Counted from the first letter of the stretch, positions 50,301 through 64,000 are shown. The stretch: 64,000 nt of DNA from Gnetum montanum (GCA_015680685.1 MNCI01000811.1:174381-238380), one strand, 5' to 3'. Notes: a model not told the origin generated them from the letters alone. Made by a program: numbers and translations.

Positions 50301-52629
50301 CAAGTAAGAACTCTTGGGGTATAGCCTACACGTATCATGTGCTCGATCCTTGAGACTAGTATGCGTTATAATTGGGCATAGTTTTTGGTTTTGGGCTTGC
50401 GTGGGGAGATTATCATATTATGCTCTAACGTGAATGTGCAGTCCCACTTCACTTTTGCATTTTTCGCGAGCTATCTCCATAGGTTTTTTGAGTTCTTAGT
50501 GATCTATGGAGATGATCATTATGTGTTAAGGGATCATTCACAATTGTCTTGCCCCTAGATCCTTCATTTATTTGACACCACCAAATCCCAAGATCCACCC
50601 GAAGGTATTGAAAAATCTATCTCCGTTACCACAGGAGGTGCAGCTAGTTGTTCCCACCACTCGCATGATAGCTTGGGGTTGGGACCATCCATAGTGCACA
50701 CAGTTGTTAGGAGAGCTGAGTGCTTGATCCAGAAGACCGTTGGGAAAGCCAAGGCTAAGGTGAAATAAGTTGAGCATTCGAAAGTACTTGCTACGGAGGC
50801 GAGACCTCCAAGGGCGAAGAAGATTCGATTCACCTTGCCAAGAGTAGGTTAGTTTCTCTTCCTTTTTTTGTTCCTTTTTACTTTAAGTGTTTTTTTATTA
50901 CCTTTTGAATTTATTTTCCTACTTAAATATGCATATCTACTATGTCATGCTAACTCTCTATTTGTTGGTGTTAACAAAGTGTACCCCTGAGAGGGAGAGG
51001 GAAGAATTAGCTCAAATGGGTGAACCTGAAATAGTTATCATTGGGTGTGATGAAGAGGAGGAAACTAGAAAATAAGTAGTTGAGACTATTCCCCTCTTAT
51101 GGGAAGAGGGTGTAATGAACTCCATGGAAGCAATGCTTGCTAAGGCTTTAGATGCCCTTAAGCATTCAAGCAAGGAGAAAGGTGTCTTTAACAGTTTCTT
51201 TGATGGATCTCTACACCTTGGTGATCCGCCTAAGCTGACCAACAATGGGCCTCTTGGTAAGTCTTGTTAGCTTGATTCGCATTCTGTACTTTTTAGTTTT
51301 GTATATTATTTTGATTATCATGGCTCTTCTTAACATCATACATGGATGCCAAGGCTCATGAAGCACATGTATCTTAGGCGGATGGATTGGAGTTAGAGGT
51401 CCCAGTTGAGGTGCCTTCCCATACAGATTCAACATCCATCAGTCCATTGAGGCTATGGCATGAGATTCCCAATAAGGTGGACTTTGTTACTGGCATTGTC
51501 AATGATGTTGTTGCTCATCTACGATAGGCTCATCCTAAATTAGGTGTGTCCTTTATACTAAGCACCTGGGTTCATTGTATTTATTCATCTATTGGAGTTT
51601 TCTTGTTGACTCATATATGTAATGTTCATACTTGTAGGTACGAAACTCGAATGGAGTCCTTCCGAGGCTACCCATATTGATGATCTTCTGGAATTTCCCA
51701 AAGATGTTGAGTAGATGCCAAGTATTTACGATGCAGTTTTAGGTTGTGTTATTCCAAATGCCAAGTCTCTCTGGACTTGCAGGCACTTAATTGAATAGTT
51801 ATGGCTCGAAATTCAATCATTGAAAGGAAATTTGGCAAAAGTAACAGAGGAAAGGAATGACTTGCAAGCCCATTATGATTTCACTTCTACTAGATTGGTT
51901 GGTGATAGTACCTAGCGGACATCTGAGATCACCTATGCATGTTATTAGGCAAGCTTGAATAGCAAAGTGCAGGCGATTCAGGATCTAGCTGAATAGCAGG
52001 CCTAGATGGATTTGTTGAATAGGAAGTGCCATGACTGGAAGTCTTTTGCATCCAAGGTACATAAATGGGGCTAGGATCAGAAAGATCACAAGCACCAATA
52101 CAAAAAGTCGTTAAAGGAGGAATCAGTCGACTGTCGTTGGTTGGAGATGTTCGTGGAGGGGTTAGGCTTGTGCTCTTCCTATGAGAAGTTTGTTGAGTGT
52201 ACAGATGTGGAAGGGTCTCTTGAGAGGTCTATTACCACTACCTCTGGTAAAGCTTCAACGAGCATGTTTTCTCTTAAGTGTCCTTCCTGGTCTTCAATGG
52301 ACAAGGGCAAAATCATGGCCAACATCGACCTTGGGCTTGAGAAGGACTGGGTGTGTGTGCCCAAAGAAGAGATTTTACGGTGCCTGGAAGCTAATCTCAG
52401 GCCTTTCCCACCTGCGAGTGTTTTAGTCTAATATCTTTTTATTGCCTTTAGTCATCATCATTTACCTTAGTGTCTTTTTTCTAATCTGTTTATGTGTGCT
52501 TACTTATTTTATTGTTTTGCTGTCTTTTTGTGATAGGGACATGGTGATGATGAGGCTGGCCCCAATGGGATGGGAGTTGATGATGTAGAGGACTTTGGGG
52601 ACTAGGCCCCTCCTAATGCTAATGCCTGA
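47400..52629 (+). pseudogene. About 8-exon antisense gene of B
   Basis: Exons 47400-47533, 48908-49357 (450 nt), ~49441-49711, ~49801-50845, ~50981-51256, ~51345-51543, ~51638-52413, ~52538-52629. Collinear protein homology with A. Some acceptors have decayed AG>AA. Confidence 0.85.
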
Positions 52630-53039
52630 TTTGGCTTGTTAGTCCTATCATTTTGTTTTTAGTTTTTCGGATTGTTGTTTTGTCTTTGGAATGTGTGAAG
52701 ACAGATGTAACATGATGATGGTGTAATATGCTATAACTTCGTATTGTATAAATGTTGTTTTCTCTTTTTCTTTTTTTCTAGTTTATTTATGAATGTAAGT
52801 GTAAACTGGAGCCATGTCTGGTAAAATAAAATAAATGAAAATTGTAACTTGCGAAATGTCAACTATAGTGACGTAGCGACGTTTCAGTGAACTGACAATG
52901 TATTATGCTCTAGTTTAAGGCCATTTTAGGCCATGGGTATTATTTTAAAGTCATGGTGGACTATTGCATTTTTTTGTGAAAGTGATGGAGGAGACTGTAG
53001 CTATTTCAGTGAATTTAGAAGAACTAATCGTTTCTGACC

Positions 53040-53300
53040 ATGGCTAGTTTAACGTCATTGCGGACATATGGTAGTTTTACGGCATTTCGGACGTATGGTA
53101 GTTTTACGTCATTTCGGACATGTGGTAGTTTTACATCATTTTGGACGTGTGCTAGTTTTACATCATTTCGTATGTGTGCTAGTTTTACGTCATTTCGGAC
53201 GTGTGCTAGTTTTACGTCATTTCGGACGTATGGTAGTTTTACGTCATTTTGGACGTGTGGTAGTTTTACATCATTTTGGACTTATGGTAAATGATAGTTT
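53040..53300 (-). repeat. 27-bp tandem array (about 9-10 copies) after gag-PR of B
   Basis: Sense-strand unit gtccgaaatgacgtaaaactaccatac. Confidence 0.92.
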
Positions 53301-53325
53301 AACGATTGAGTAGCTTCTTTATTTT

Positions 53326-56300
53326 TCAAAGCTTGATATTAGGAGTAGGGCATGTTGGTGTGATCTTGTATTCAGCATCTCCTTCATTAGTTATGTCAAA
53401 TGGTAATACTAACCATGAGACTTTTGGGGGAATGACCCCTATGTTAGCATGTTTTGATGTTTCCACATTTTGTAATGTTTCCATATCTTCTGGGGGATCA
53501 CGGCTTGGAGGTTGATTCTCACCTTGGGTTTCATCAGGTGTATTTTCTTTCTTAGGCTCATCAGTGGTGTCATCTTGTTTAAACTTAGGGGTAGTGCCGT
53601 CTTGTTTAGATTCATCAAATTTAACTTCTGAGCCTTAGTTTGTGCCTACATGTGAGGAGAAGTTGGATGTAGCCGTGTCACTGTGTCTAATGATTTCACC
53701 ACCTTCGTAAGGTAAGTGAATCTCTTGATGGATGGGTGAGGATACTACTTTTAATTGGTCTAACCAAGGTTGTCCCAAAATCAAGTTAAATCCTAGCATC
53801 TCATCTATGACTACAAACTCTGTTGACGTGGAGAATTGGTCCCCCACTATGAAGTCCAAAGTGAGTGTTTCTTTTACTATGACATGTTATCGATTGAATG
53901 ATTTCAGGAATGTTGTGGATGTTGCTTTTATCTACTCTATGAGCCCTAATTGTTTGATGACAGGGAATGGTACTACGTTTGTGGCTACCCCATCATCAAC
54001 ATGCACCCTATGTATTTTAAATCGGTTGACTTGTATGGTTATGAACATAGGTGTGGTGGTGAATTCTCCTATTTTTTTCATCTATTTTGATGTTATCTAC
54101 ATGGAAGCCTAGTGATGTGGACATTAATCCTTGATGTGGAAAAATTACTGCATGAATGGATGGTTCAGTTGCAGGTAAGTCTTCGCTGATAGGGATCGAT
54201 GTTAACATACATACTAGGGCTTCGCGATGTACTTGAGAAGTCATCATTAGGTAATACAGGCTTAGCGAAGTGTTCTTTTGTTTGAGGGCCTATGTAACCT
54301 AGGCTAGGACACTAGCCAAGTCTTTGCTATTTGGTATGTTCTTGTTGGTTGAGACTTGGTCCATTGTACCCAACAGTTGTATTTCTTGAGGGAGGGTTGT
54401 TGCATGGTCAACTATAACCGTTGGGTTTGGCTCCTCGGGCATTCTTGATTTTTTAGCTTTACTTGTGCTTGGCTTATTAGTTGTCGGAGCCATGGTTACA
54501 GCATTTAATGGAGTGGGTTTTGGGGGTCCCAACTCATAACCTTGATGTTCTCTTTCCAAATGTTCCCTGGTCAACCTATTTGCGAGGCGTTCTCGTGGAG
54601 GGCACGGGGGAACCATCGGGGTTTGAACGTCTGGTTGCTTCGGGACCCAAATGATAAATTGAATAGGGCAGGTTTATGATGGAACTTTTGGTGGTTGAGC
54701 ATCAGGGTGTTTAGGCACCTAGATTACAAATGGAGTGGCACAAGTTGGTGGTTGAGCTGTCAAAGTTTGAACATCCGGTTGCTTAGGCACCTTGATGGCA
54801 AATGGAGTTGGTCTAGTTTGGGTTTGTATGTTTGCGGTTGCAATAGTAGGTGGTACCTGGATCACAAAGGGAGCGGGTTTGGTTTGTTAAGGTACGTTCG
54901 TTGTTGCCACTATAGGAGGTACCCGAATGACAAACGGTTTTTGAGGTGTGAAGGGTGTATGTGTTGGAAACGAGGGTTAGGAAGATGGTGTTGACGCTGT
55001 AGGAACACAAATCACAAATGGTTTTCTGGGTATTTCCTGTTCGTTGCTGAGATATATTGTGTTGATCACATAAGGAGCCTCCTTGGTGTTAAGGGGATTC
55101 TTATACATGTCCATAGATTGATTTTGTGGTTTTACAGGGTTAGCTTCGTCGAAGGTTATTTCACCCCTATCAATCATACGTTGTATGTCTTGTTTTAGGG
55201 TGAAACAATAATCAGTTCCATGCCTGTTTCCCTGATGGTATTTGCAAAATCTATCTAGCCTAAAGCCTCTCGGAACCAAAGGCTCATTCAGTGTTGCCAA
55301 GCTTGGGTTTTTGCCCAATTCATGGTATCAGTTATGTTTCTAGGTTGCCATAGGATACAAATTCTTATGTTTGATGGCCCCAGCTTTTAAAAGTTGATCT
55401 AGTAGTTGCAAAGGCTTCATAGGCAACCGTGTATATTGAGCATGTTCTTTTCTCTCGAATGTACCGGCATGACCCATGTTAGCAGTTTGCATGAAGGATG
55501 GTTCGGGTGTGGGTGCTTGAGTAGTTCTCTCATAGTTAATGGGAACAGTAGGTTGTTTTCCTTTCTATCCTGGATTGTTGGGTTTAGCCATCTCTGCTAC
55601 TCCTACCACTATTGCTTTAGCCTTGTCTTTGTCTTTCTTCGTGTGTTGATTTTTAAAGGCTAAATAAGTAGGGTTATGACTATTTTGGGCTACCTCCTCT
55701 ATGTTTTTTATCTATACAAAAGCTTGACTCAAAGTGTGAGCATTTAGATAGTAGAGCTTTGATTTAACAAATTCATTCACAGCTCCTTTAAGAATCGTAA
55801 GTAGGTATGTTTCCAGGATTGGCTCGTGAAGTTCATTAAGTGTAGCACTCCATCTCTGAATGAACTTTTGAACAGGTTCTAGTGGTTCTTTCTTTACTTG
55901 GATCAAATTGTCTAGGGTTGCTTCGAGCTTCAAGTTGTACTTAAACCTGGTAACAAACTAGTGTAACAAATCCTCCAGAGAGGATATAGAGTTACGGGAT
56001 AAGGCTCTGTACCAGTCTAAGGCTCTTCCAGTTAAAGACATGGCAAACACACGTAGGATTGCATGGGGCCAAGCTTGAAGTAACAAACATTCTAATCTAA
56101 ATGTTACTAAGTATGCATTGGGGTCTCCTTCCCCATTATATTTTGTCAATTGGGGCAATGAAACTCCCTTGGGTAAAGTTAAAGGTGGCACTGAGGAACT
56201 GATCAGATCATCTTGGTAGAAGTCCAATACTTTAAGCTCTTCAGTTTTAGCGTTTTTTAAGGTGCTTTACCTCATCAGTGAGATCTTGCATCATCTTTTT

Positions 56301-57362
56301 GGCTTCTTCCCATTCTTGGGCACTCGGTGGCACAGTAGGTTGGTTAATTTGAGTGTTATACAAGTTAGACTATTGTACGATTGGTAGGAATGATGACTGT
56401 TGCATTGTTGATGGTTGTACTTGAGTGACATTCATGGATGGAATTGTAGAAGGTGGTATGCTGTAATGAGGGGGTTGATACTATTGCATGCCATACGTGG
56501 TCCACTGCCTAGTTACAAGTTGTGAAGAAACACCCTGAACCTATTGAGTCGAAGTAGTGATGGGTGTTCCTTGGATTTGCACTTGTGGTATATAGTGAGT
56601 AGATGTAGAAGCAAGTATCATGGATGGCATCCCAATTACTTGGGATGGGAAGGTTGCTCCTACATTAGTTTGAGAGGAGAGTTGTTAGCGTCATACTTGT
56701 AGGAGAGGGGATAACGTGGTGACGAGAGGAATAATGGAGATGGGTGCATTGAATTGAGTATTGGTCATGGGGAGAGTGGGAATGAGAGTGGGTGCTTCCT
56801 ATTAAGATACATGAGCTTGAGTGCTTTTAAATATGTGAAGGGATATGGTTTCTCCCGTGAAAGGGTGGAATAATGGATTCGTGTAAGTATGCAGACTGAG
56901 AGTATGATATGAATCCTCATGTTCGGATTGAGCCACAAAATCATCTTCCTCATCTCCATTTTGAGGTTCTATGGCAGGTAGGCGTGAGGTTTGGTTCCTT
57001 TCCATGAGGAGTTGGGATATGAGTTCATGGTGGGATTCAAAGAGGGGAATTATGTCAGATGCTGAAGGGATAAAGTTATGGCCTCCCTTATACATGAGTT
57101 CGTAATGTCATTTTGCTTTCATTTTTGTGCGATCGATGGGTAGGTTAGCTCGGATTTTAACACAAATAAAGTTATATTGTTTAGGCGTTAGGATGGTGAA
57201 CGTGGGGTCTATACCTTGCAGTCTCAGTGATTAGCGAGGTGGCCCCTGAGGGTTCATCTCACCAAGGGCAACTATGGCCTCGATGGTGGTGATGGGACCC
57301 GAGATTGTGGTACTGAAGTCGAAGATGGGCAAGGCAACAGCGTTGGTGTGTGCGGAGTCCAT
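53326..57362 (-). pseudogene. gag: Gag-protease of B
   Basis: PR*SLRLQG N-terminus, KYNGEGDPN, CKYHQGNRHGTDYC, protease VHVDDGVATN...LILGQPWL, and a stop at 53326-53328. Confidence 0.9.
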
Positions 57363-57739
57363 TGTCAACGTTGAGTGATGCAACGTAGGAGAGAGAATGC
57401 AACGTAAGAGAGAGAAAATATGTGTTAAGTGTCAACAGCATGTAGTTTCACAGCGTATGAATAATGCAGCATGTGAAAAGATTGAGCAGCATATGAATGA
57501 GATGAAGTAGCGTAAAAGAGGGAGTACAGTGTATGAAGTATTGTAGCATGACTAATGTATGGCGTATAGCATATGGATGCTAAGAATGAAGTACAATGTA
57601 TCAGCGTTTGGTAGGTGAGTCCAGCGTGCAGGGTGCTTACATTCAAAAATGTCACGTGTGTACGCTAAGGTTAAGCATAGGCAGTGTATGGACATTGAGG
57701 GTGGTGAACACAGTGTGTGGCCTAGAAACTAATATGCAG

Positions 57740-58070
57740 AATGCAGTGGAGAGTTAAAGCGCAACGTCTGGAACTAGGGTACAATGTGCAGACACTGGAT
57801 ACAGCATCTGGGACTAAGGAACAGTGCCTAGACACTGGATACAACATCTGGAAGCTAGGGCCTGAGAACTGGATGCTGTGAGTTAAGCATCAACGTGTTT
57901 AGTAGGTCAGAATGACATCTGGATGCTGAGGGTAGCGTCTGAGGAAGAAAACTGAGTGTAGGATGCTGTGAAAAGCGTCTGACAAGGGAGAGAACATGCA
58001 GGACACTGTGGGAAGCATTTGAAACTAGGGCAAGGTGCAGGATGCCATGGGTAGCATCTGGGTTCTAGAC
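57740..58070 (-). repeat. About 39-bp degenerate tandem repeats in the 5' leader of B
   Basis: Recurrent agc(g/a)tctgg..ctagg...ggatgctg on the plus strand. Confidence 0.7.
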
Positions 58071-58089
58071 AAACAAGCGTAATAGAAAA

Positions 58090-58108
58090 GGCCCTCCTTC
58101 TAGTGCCA
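58090..58108 (-). promoter_or_regulatory. PBS of B (tRNA-Asn)
   Basis: Minus-strand TGGCACTAGAAGGAGGGCC, 6 nt from the LTR. Confidence 0.85.
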
Positions 58109-58114
58109 ATTTAC

Positions 58115-60294
58115 TGTACTGTCCGAAATCGTCAATGCGAGGCTGGAATGAAATAGACATCGAGAGATCTATGGAAGATACAGTAAGATCCCACCTTCAC
58201 ATGAGGTCAAGCCAAAAATAAATGAAGGCAGAGTGCCTTGAATGGTCTATGCGGAGATCAAACAAGGACTTCCCCTACCGTACGCTATTGCAATGCACTA
58301 GGTTATACGTAAATGGATGAAAACTAAAATGTAAACAAACATATGAAAGGTAAGATGAAAATAAAATGTAAACAAATGTAATGAAAGGTGTAACAAATGT
58401 GAACAGTGTAAACAGAGAAAAATGGATGGAAAAATTGTAACTATATGTATTGATTGACGATTACAAAAAAAAAAGGTGCACCGATTAGAACGTAGTTGCG
58501 AATTGATCACAAGGTAGACGTTTAGCCCTAATGTGAAGGGTGTACAAGCACTGGGAGGTTGCATATTTCTGATTGCAAGTATGCAGCATGATCAAAACTG
58601 CCCCAAGTGCTCAGCGTGATCAAGTCTGAGTAATGCCCGATCGTACGAGATAATGATGATGAGATTTGCCAACTGTCTAGATCCTGATGCCCCAAAATTG
58701 CCAACCCTAATTAAATGGAAAAATAGGGTATTTATAGGATTTTTGGGCATGGAACCTAGATCTGGAGGAAGATCTATGGCTACAGGATGAGAGAAATGTG
58801 GATCAGGTGACAAGTGTGAACGTTTTGACTAGATGCACAGAATTTTACAATGTACAGGGTGCAGCATGACCAAGATCTCTTACACTGGCATCTATGATCT
58901 ATAGCGTAAGATCTCAATACGTTAAAAAGTGAGAAATGTACAAAGAATGTTAAAGCACAAGAGTGGATCTAGATGTCTAGCCTTCGGATCTGTAGATATA
59001 TGCTATTTTTGCTTCGCCAAGGTCTCCAACTCTAGCTCTGGCATGTCTACAGCATGTCCTGGCATCATCGTCTGGTGTCTAGCATCCAGCATCCTAGTGT
59101 TTACACTGTGCATATGCTGGCGTCAACGTGCCAGTGTGATCATTAGCATGTCTAATGTTTATGATGCATTTTGAACCCATTTTTGACTTGTGAGATCCAT
59201 TTTTAGAGTGGATCTACATGCCTGAGGTCAAGAGGGTTCTGCACATCTATTTTGAACTAATTTGGAGGCTGTTTTGGCATACTTTTGGTTAGTCACGATG
59301 TGGTCACGCTGCCTAGTGTGACCTCAGTGTGACCAGGTGTTTATGTCCTTTTTTGAGCTAAGTTTTGGATGCTGATGTCTATTTGTTGATGCTCAATTGC
59401 TGCTTGCTCTCCAGGGTGGCCTGGATGCTAAATTTGACTTCATTTTACTACTGTTTTGATCATCTTCTGTTTGTTCACATTGTGCAACATGACCTCAGCA
59501 TGACCTCAACGTGACCAAGTTAAAATGACACATTTGAAGCCCAAACCTAGATTTTCTGAAGCTTGAGAGTCAATATAGTTGTTTCCTATCCCTTGGGGAT
59601 TGAGTTCATCTCAAAACTAGACCTGGAACTACTTGATGTGCCCTATTTTTTCTTAGTCATGCTGTGGTCGTGTTGTGCAATGTGACCTCAGCATGACTAA
59701 CTGAAAATGCCATGTTTGAGGTCCAAATTTTGATTTTCTAGAGCCTGTGAACATGTACAATTGCTGCCTACCTCCCAGGAGTTGAATTCATGTCCAAATT
59801 CTGCCCATAGGTGCCTAAATTAAGCTATTCTTGTTTGGTCATGTTGTGTATCATGACCTCAACATGACTAACTGAAAGTGGCTCAAAACATATGATTCTA
59901 ATCTCAAATTTCAAGGTTCTAAAGGCTGGGAGCTACAGGGGGCATCGGTGAAGCTCATGGAGGGTTCGTGTTCTCGAATATGGGCTGTTTGGATTTGATT
60001 TTGGGGCTCCAAAAGTTGGTCACACTGTACGCACACTGTTCTTACGCTAAGCAGTGTGACCAAAGTGTATAAAGCCAAAACTATGCATTTTGAGCCTGAA
60101 ACCCTAGATTCTAGATGTCGAGAGTTGGAGCAATCACCTGTGGGCCTTGGGGGGACTTTGCCTATTCAATTGTGTTGTTTCATGTTGTTTTGGAGGCTGT
60201 CAAGTTTGGTCATGCTATACTCATGTTGGGAAGCAACATCACTTAGCTTGAGTCCTGTCTAAAAGTGCTAGGCCAAAATTTTGTGGTTTTTTCA
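58115..60294 (-). repeat. 5' LTR of B
   Basis: Direct repeat of 39501-41685. Confidence 0.95.
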
Positions 60295-60639
60295 GTAGAC
60301 AATAGTGCTAGGTTTAGGCCTTAATGGGCCATTGTTCCAATTTTATGTCTTAGCATATAGGAATGTTAGTTTAAGGTCAAAGTGGACTATAGTGCTAGTT
60401 TTAGGCCTTAGTGGGCCTTTTCTAAAAGAGACACTTTCCTAATGTTTAAAACATGAGCAAAAACAAAGGAAGTTTGTAGAAAATAAGTAATAATATAAAT
60501 AAATTTAGGCTACATGCATAGGCTATGTGCATAAAACAACAAAGATATTGTAAATTGTAAAAGAAAAAATAAGGCTATTTGGCTATTGTTGCATCTAGTC
60601 ATAAACACACAGGAAGTTTAAGGTAAGCTTCACTTATGA

Positions 60640-63600
60640 AAACTCTTCCTAATCTTTGCAAGATTAGGGAGTGATTAAGGCTTACTTGCATAAGCTTGTA
60701 TTCACCATCCCCTACACTTACTATGTTGAAAGGGAGTTCATCCCATAGTGCATCACATTGCTTCTAATTGTCATTGTTGGTTATCTTTGGTCTTTGCTCT
60801 TCAAGGCTAGGAGCTTCTTCTTGAAGCTCCATTTTGGACCCATGTTCTATGTCCACATTGCTGATAGCTAGGGAAGTTGCATTGTCATCATGAATGATGA
60901 TTTCACCTCCCTTGTAAGGAAGGTGAATTTCTTGATGAATGGGCGAGGAGACAACTCATAATTGAGCCAACCAAGGTCTTCCCAAGATTAGGTTGAATCT
61001 TGGTATCTCTTCCACCACCAAGATGTTTGCAATTGTAGGAAATTGTTCTCTGACTACAAACCCTAAGGAGATAGATCCCTTGATGAAAACTCTTGATCCA
61101 TTGATGGACTTAACTGCTACAGTGGTCATAGGTTGTACTTGCTTAGTTAAGGCTAAGTGTTCAATGATGGTGCATGGGATGATGCTGGTTGCTACTCCAT
61201 CATCAACATGCACCCAATGTATTTTAAATTATCCTATGCATATGGTTATGAATAGAAGGGCTATAGTCACCTTGCCACTCTAGGGATTAACCTTAATTTT
61301 TCTATTGTAAAATGTTAAGGGTGTTGACTTCTCCTCCCCTAGTGAGGGAGGAATCATCATTGCATGGATGTCTTTCTCATTAGCAAGAATATCCTCATTA
61401 ATAGGTATGGAGGTCAACATTTTGACTAGTGCCTCATGATGTGTGGTGGAAGTCATGATTAAGTCATATAAGCTTTAGGTAGTATTTTTTTGCTTCAGGG
61501 ATTACTTAACTTAATCCATTACACTAAGGAAGTTTGTTTCATTGGCCATGGGCTTTTCACCCTAGTTGTGCTTTACTTCCTCCATGTGTTCCAAAAGACA
61601 GACTTCACTTTTAGGCTATGGTTGCTATGGCTCTTCTTTGTTATTTTGACACTAGGCTTTAGCATCCTTTTGTGGCTTTTTGGTTGAAGGAGACAAGGTA
61701 GAGTAGGTTATAGGTATAGCCAAGTTCGGAGTGGGCTTTGATGGGTCCACTTTCTTTCATGACTCCGTTTGCTTGTCTCCCTTGTTGTCAAGCTTTTGAC
61801 TATACTTCCTCCTTTGGTTGGTTGAAATTTTTTGGTTGTTAGCCTTTGGTTGTAAGGAAGAGGTAGTACCATTGGCTACCACAAGGGGTCATTGTACAGT
61901 TGATTGGGCTACAACTATTTGGATTGTATTGGGTTGGGAAACCTTGATGACAAAAGGTTCTCTTGGAGGTATTCGTGATGGTACCCTCACAACAAAGGAA
62001 GATCTTGAGCTATGAAAAGTTGAAGAAGCTCTCTCATTATAAAGGGACACCTGGATCATGGACGGTTCTCTTGCAAGTCTTTAATTGTCATCAATGTTGA
62101 ATGATGAAATAACATAAGGACTATCATTGGCATTCAATAGGTCTCTATAGACCTACATTGACTGGTTTTGTGGTCAAACTAGGTTAGAAGCATCTACAAT
62201 CAGTTCCCTAATATCTATCACCCTTTGTAGGTCATCCTTTAGCACAAAGTAGAAGTCTATATCATGACTACATAGTTGATGATAATGGTAGAAGCAGTCT
62301 AGTTTGAAGTATCTAGGGAACAAGGTATTTCCTTTCATTGCCCGAGAGGGATCTTTGGCTATTTCACATAGTGGCTCATGTTTCTTTCGAGTGACTTTAG
62401 TCATTTATTTATGTTTCATGCACCCACTTCTTAATAGTTTATGAACCAACTCAGACGGTTTTAGTGGCAACTTAGTGTACTTATATCTATCCTTTCTTTG
62501 GAAGTTAGGTCTATTTGTTGTTGATGTATCGGTCCTAGACATTGATGGTTGGTTACTACGGTCATTGGTGGGGGCCTTGGGTAGGTTGAACTTTGGCCCT
62601 TGGTTCATGGTCTTGTTTTCCTTGGTCATGGTTGATATGGTAGTGTTGCTTTGTTTGCTATTTTCTTTGTCTCTTTGAGTATGTTGGTTTTTATATAATA
62701 TATAGGCTAGATCATGGCTGGCCTCTATAGCATCCTCTATGTTTTTAGTTTGTGAGAATGCTTGGCTAAGAGACTATGAATCAAGGTAGTAAATTTTTGA
62801 CTTGATCAAGTCATTAACTACTCCCTTGAATATGGCTAATAAGTGGGCTTTGGCTATGAGCTCTAGTATTTCATTCAGAGTGCATTCCACTATTGAATAA
62901 ATTTTTGTACAAGTTCTAAGGATCCTTGCTTGACCTTCATGAGTTGGTCAAGCGTTCTATCAGGCTTCAAGTTATACTTGAAGAAATTGACAAACTAGGC
63001 TACTAAGTCTTCTAGAGAGGATATAGATCCTCTAGGTAATGCATGATACCAATAGAGTGCTTTCCCAGTCAAAGACATAGGAAAAATCCTCATGATTGTA
63101 TGAGGCCATGGCTACAAGACCAAATATTCAGATCAAAAGGTGATAAGGTGAACATTAGGGTCATCTTCTCTATTATATTTGCTAAATTGTGGAATGAGGA
63201 CACTAGGAGGAAGTGTTAAGGTTGGAACTATAGGACTTATGGAATCATCCTAGTAGAAGTTCATACTCTTCATAGTTTATATCATAGAGGCTTTAAGCCT
63301 CTATAATTCCTCTATTAGGTCTTGGATCATTTGGAAGTCTTGATCCAAGCCTTGAAATGGCCCCATAAATTGTGAGGTTTGTACATAAGGTTGTGGTATC
63401 TATTGTGAGGCTTCTGGCCTCATTATGGGTTTCATGATAGAAGGAAAAGGTTGCTCTATGGTTGTGGCTTGTGGGCCAAACAAAGAAAAAGATGTTTGTA
63501 CTAGTACTTGAGACACAAATGGGACAAACGTAGTGTGTGATCCTTGTGTTATGAGGGGTCTCATGGTGGACCCCATGTGACTAGTTATCAAATTTATGGT

Positions 63601-64000
63601 GGTAAAACCCACCATTGATGGTTTTGTATTTCATGGCTATGTTGCAAATGGCATTGATATGTTATAGTTTGTTGCTTGTGACATTGACTAAGTGTGATGC
63701 ATAGCCACAACTAGCATGAGATCTACCGTAGTAGGGTGTAGAGGAGTGGAAAATGGTAGCACCATTCCCATGGAGAAAACAAAAGCATTAGGAAAAGGTT
63801 CTATGACATTGGGGGATGTTTGTTGAAACAACCCTCCAAGGATGTTTTCAAGCTCAGATTCTACCCTAAATTCATCCTCTTCTTCATGTTGTTCCCCAAA
63901 GGTAGGCTTGTCATCTTCTTCCTCTACAACAATCAATTGGACTAGGACACTAGAATAAATGTCATTAAGGGGAATTTCTTCATATGGAAAAGGAATTTAC
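60640..64000 (-). pseudogene. gag: Degenerate gag-protease of D
   Basis: SLTGKALYWY, a decayed knuckle, and protease VHVDDGVATSIIP...LILGRPWL. Confidence 0.88.

Larger units (their letters stand above)
39501..60294 (-). mobile_element. Element B: full-length (20.8 kb) Tat/Ogre-like element
   Basis: TG...CA LTRs of about 2.2 kb, TSD GTAGA (39496-39500 and 60295-60299), PBS, PPT, gag-PR, antisense gene and pol. Confidence 0.96.
30603..64000 (-). mobile_element. Element D: old Tat/Ogre-like element, interrupted by B, C and a filler insertion
   Basis: gag-PR at 60640-64000, a repeat array split by B (60295-60420 and 38960-39500), a mini antisense gene, pre-pol repeats at 32940-33070 and RT at 30603-31576. 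Confidence 0.8.

Noticed and set aside
47400-52629. Antisense gene as an ordinary host gene or an env gene
   Set aside because: It lies inside TSD-bounded elements at the same position in four families. It is antisense, upstream of pol, and has no evident signal peptide or transmembrane anchor.
53040-53313. ORFs with 9-aa repeats (SFTSFRTCA, VVLRHFGR)
   Set aside because: Translations of the 27-bp tandem array, not conserved as protein in other elements.

Overview
Land-plant (large-genome) repeat region, with no host gene seen. It is a nest of five related but distinct Ty3/gypsy LTR retrotransposons of the Tat/Ogre type (tRNA-Asn PBS, CX2HX4HX4C Gag knuckle, RT-RH-aRH-INT). The labels are mine. 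D (minus, 30603-64000, oldest) is interrupted by B (minus, 39501-60294, full length, TSD GTAGA) and by C (plus, 3106-30602). C is interrupted by A (plus, 5609-22682, full length, TSD CCATG) and by E (plus, 1-3105, 3' end only). All ORFs are decayed, mainly by C>T changes. The notable architecture is that gag-protease and RT-RH-aRH-INT are separated by a 6-7 kb spacer. This spacer carries a multi-exon antisense gene (about 8 exons, about 1060 aa in A) with its own TATA box; it has homologues in A, B and C and a mini version in D. The gene encodes an FCP1/NIF-like HAD domain lacking its catalytic aspartates, a plant-transposon-protein-like domain and a coiled coil. Each family also carries its own AGCGT-core motif in LTRs and/or the spacer, clustered about every 180-190 bp, which suggests (inference) a VANC-like sequence-specific regulatory or anti-silencing system. 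Exon models and domain calls were made by eye and need HMM and RNA-seq confirmation.
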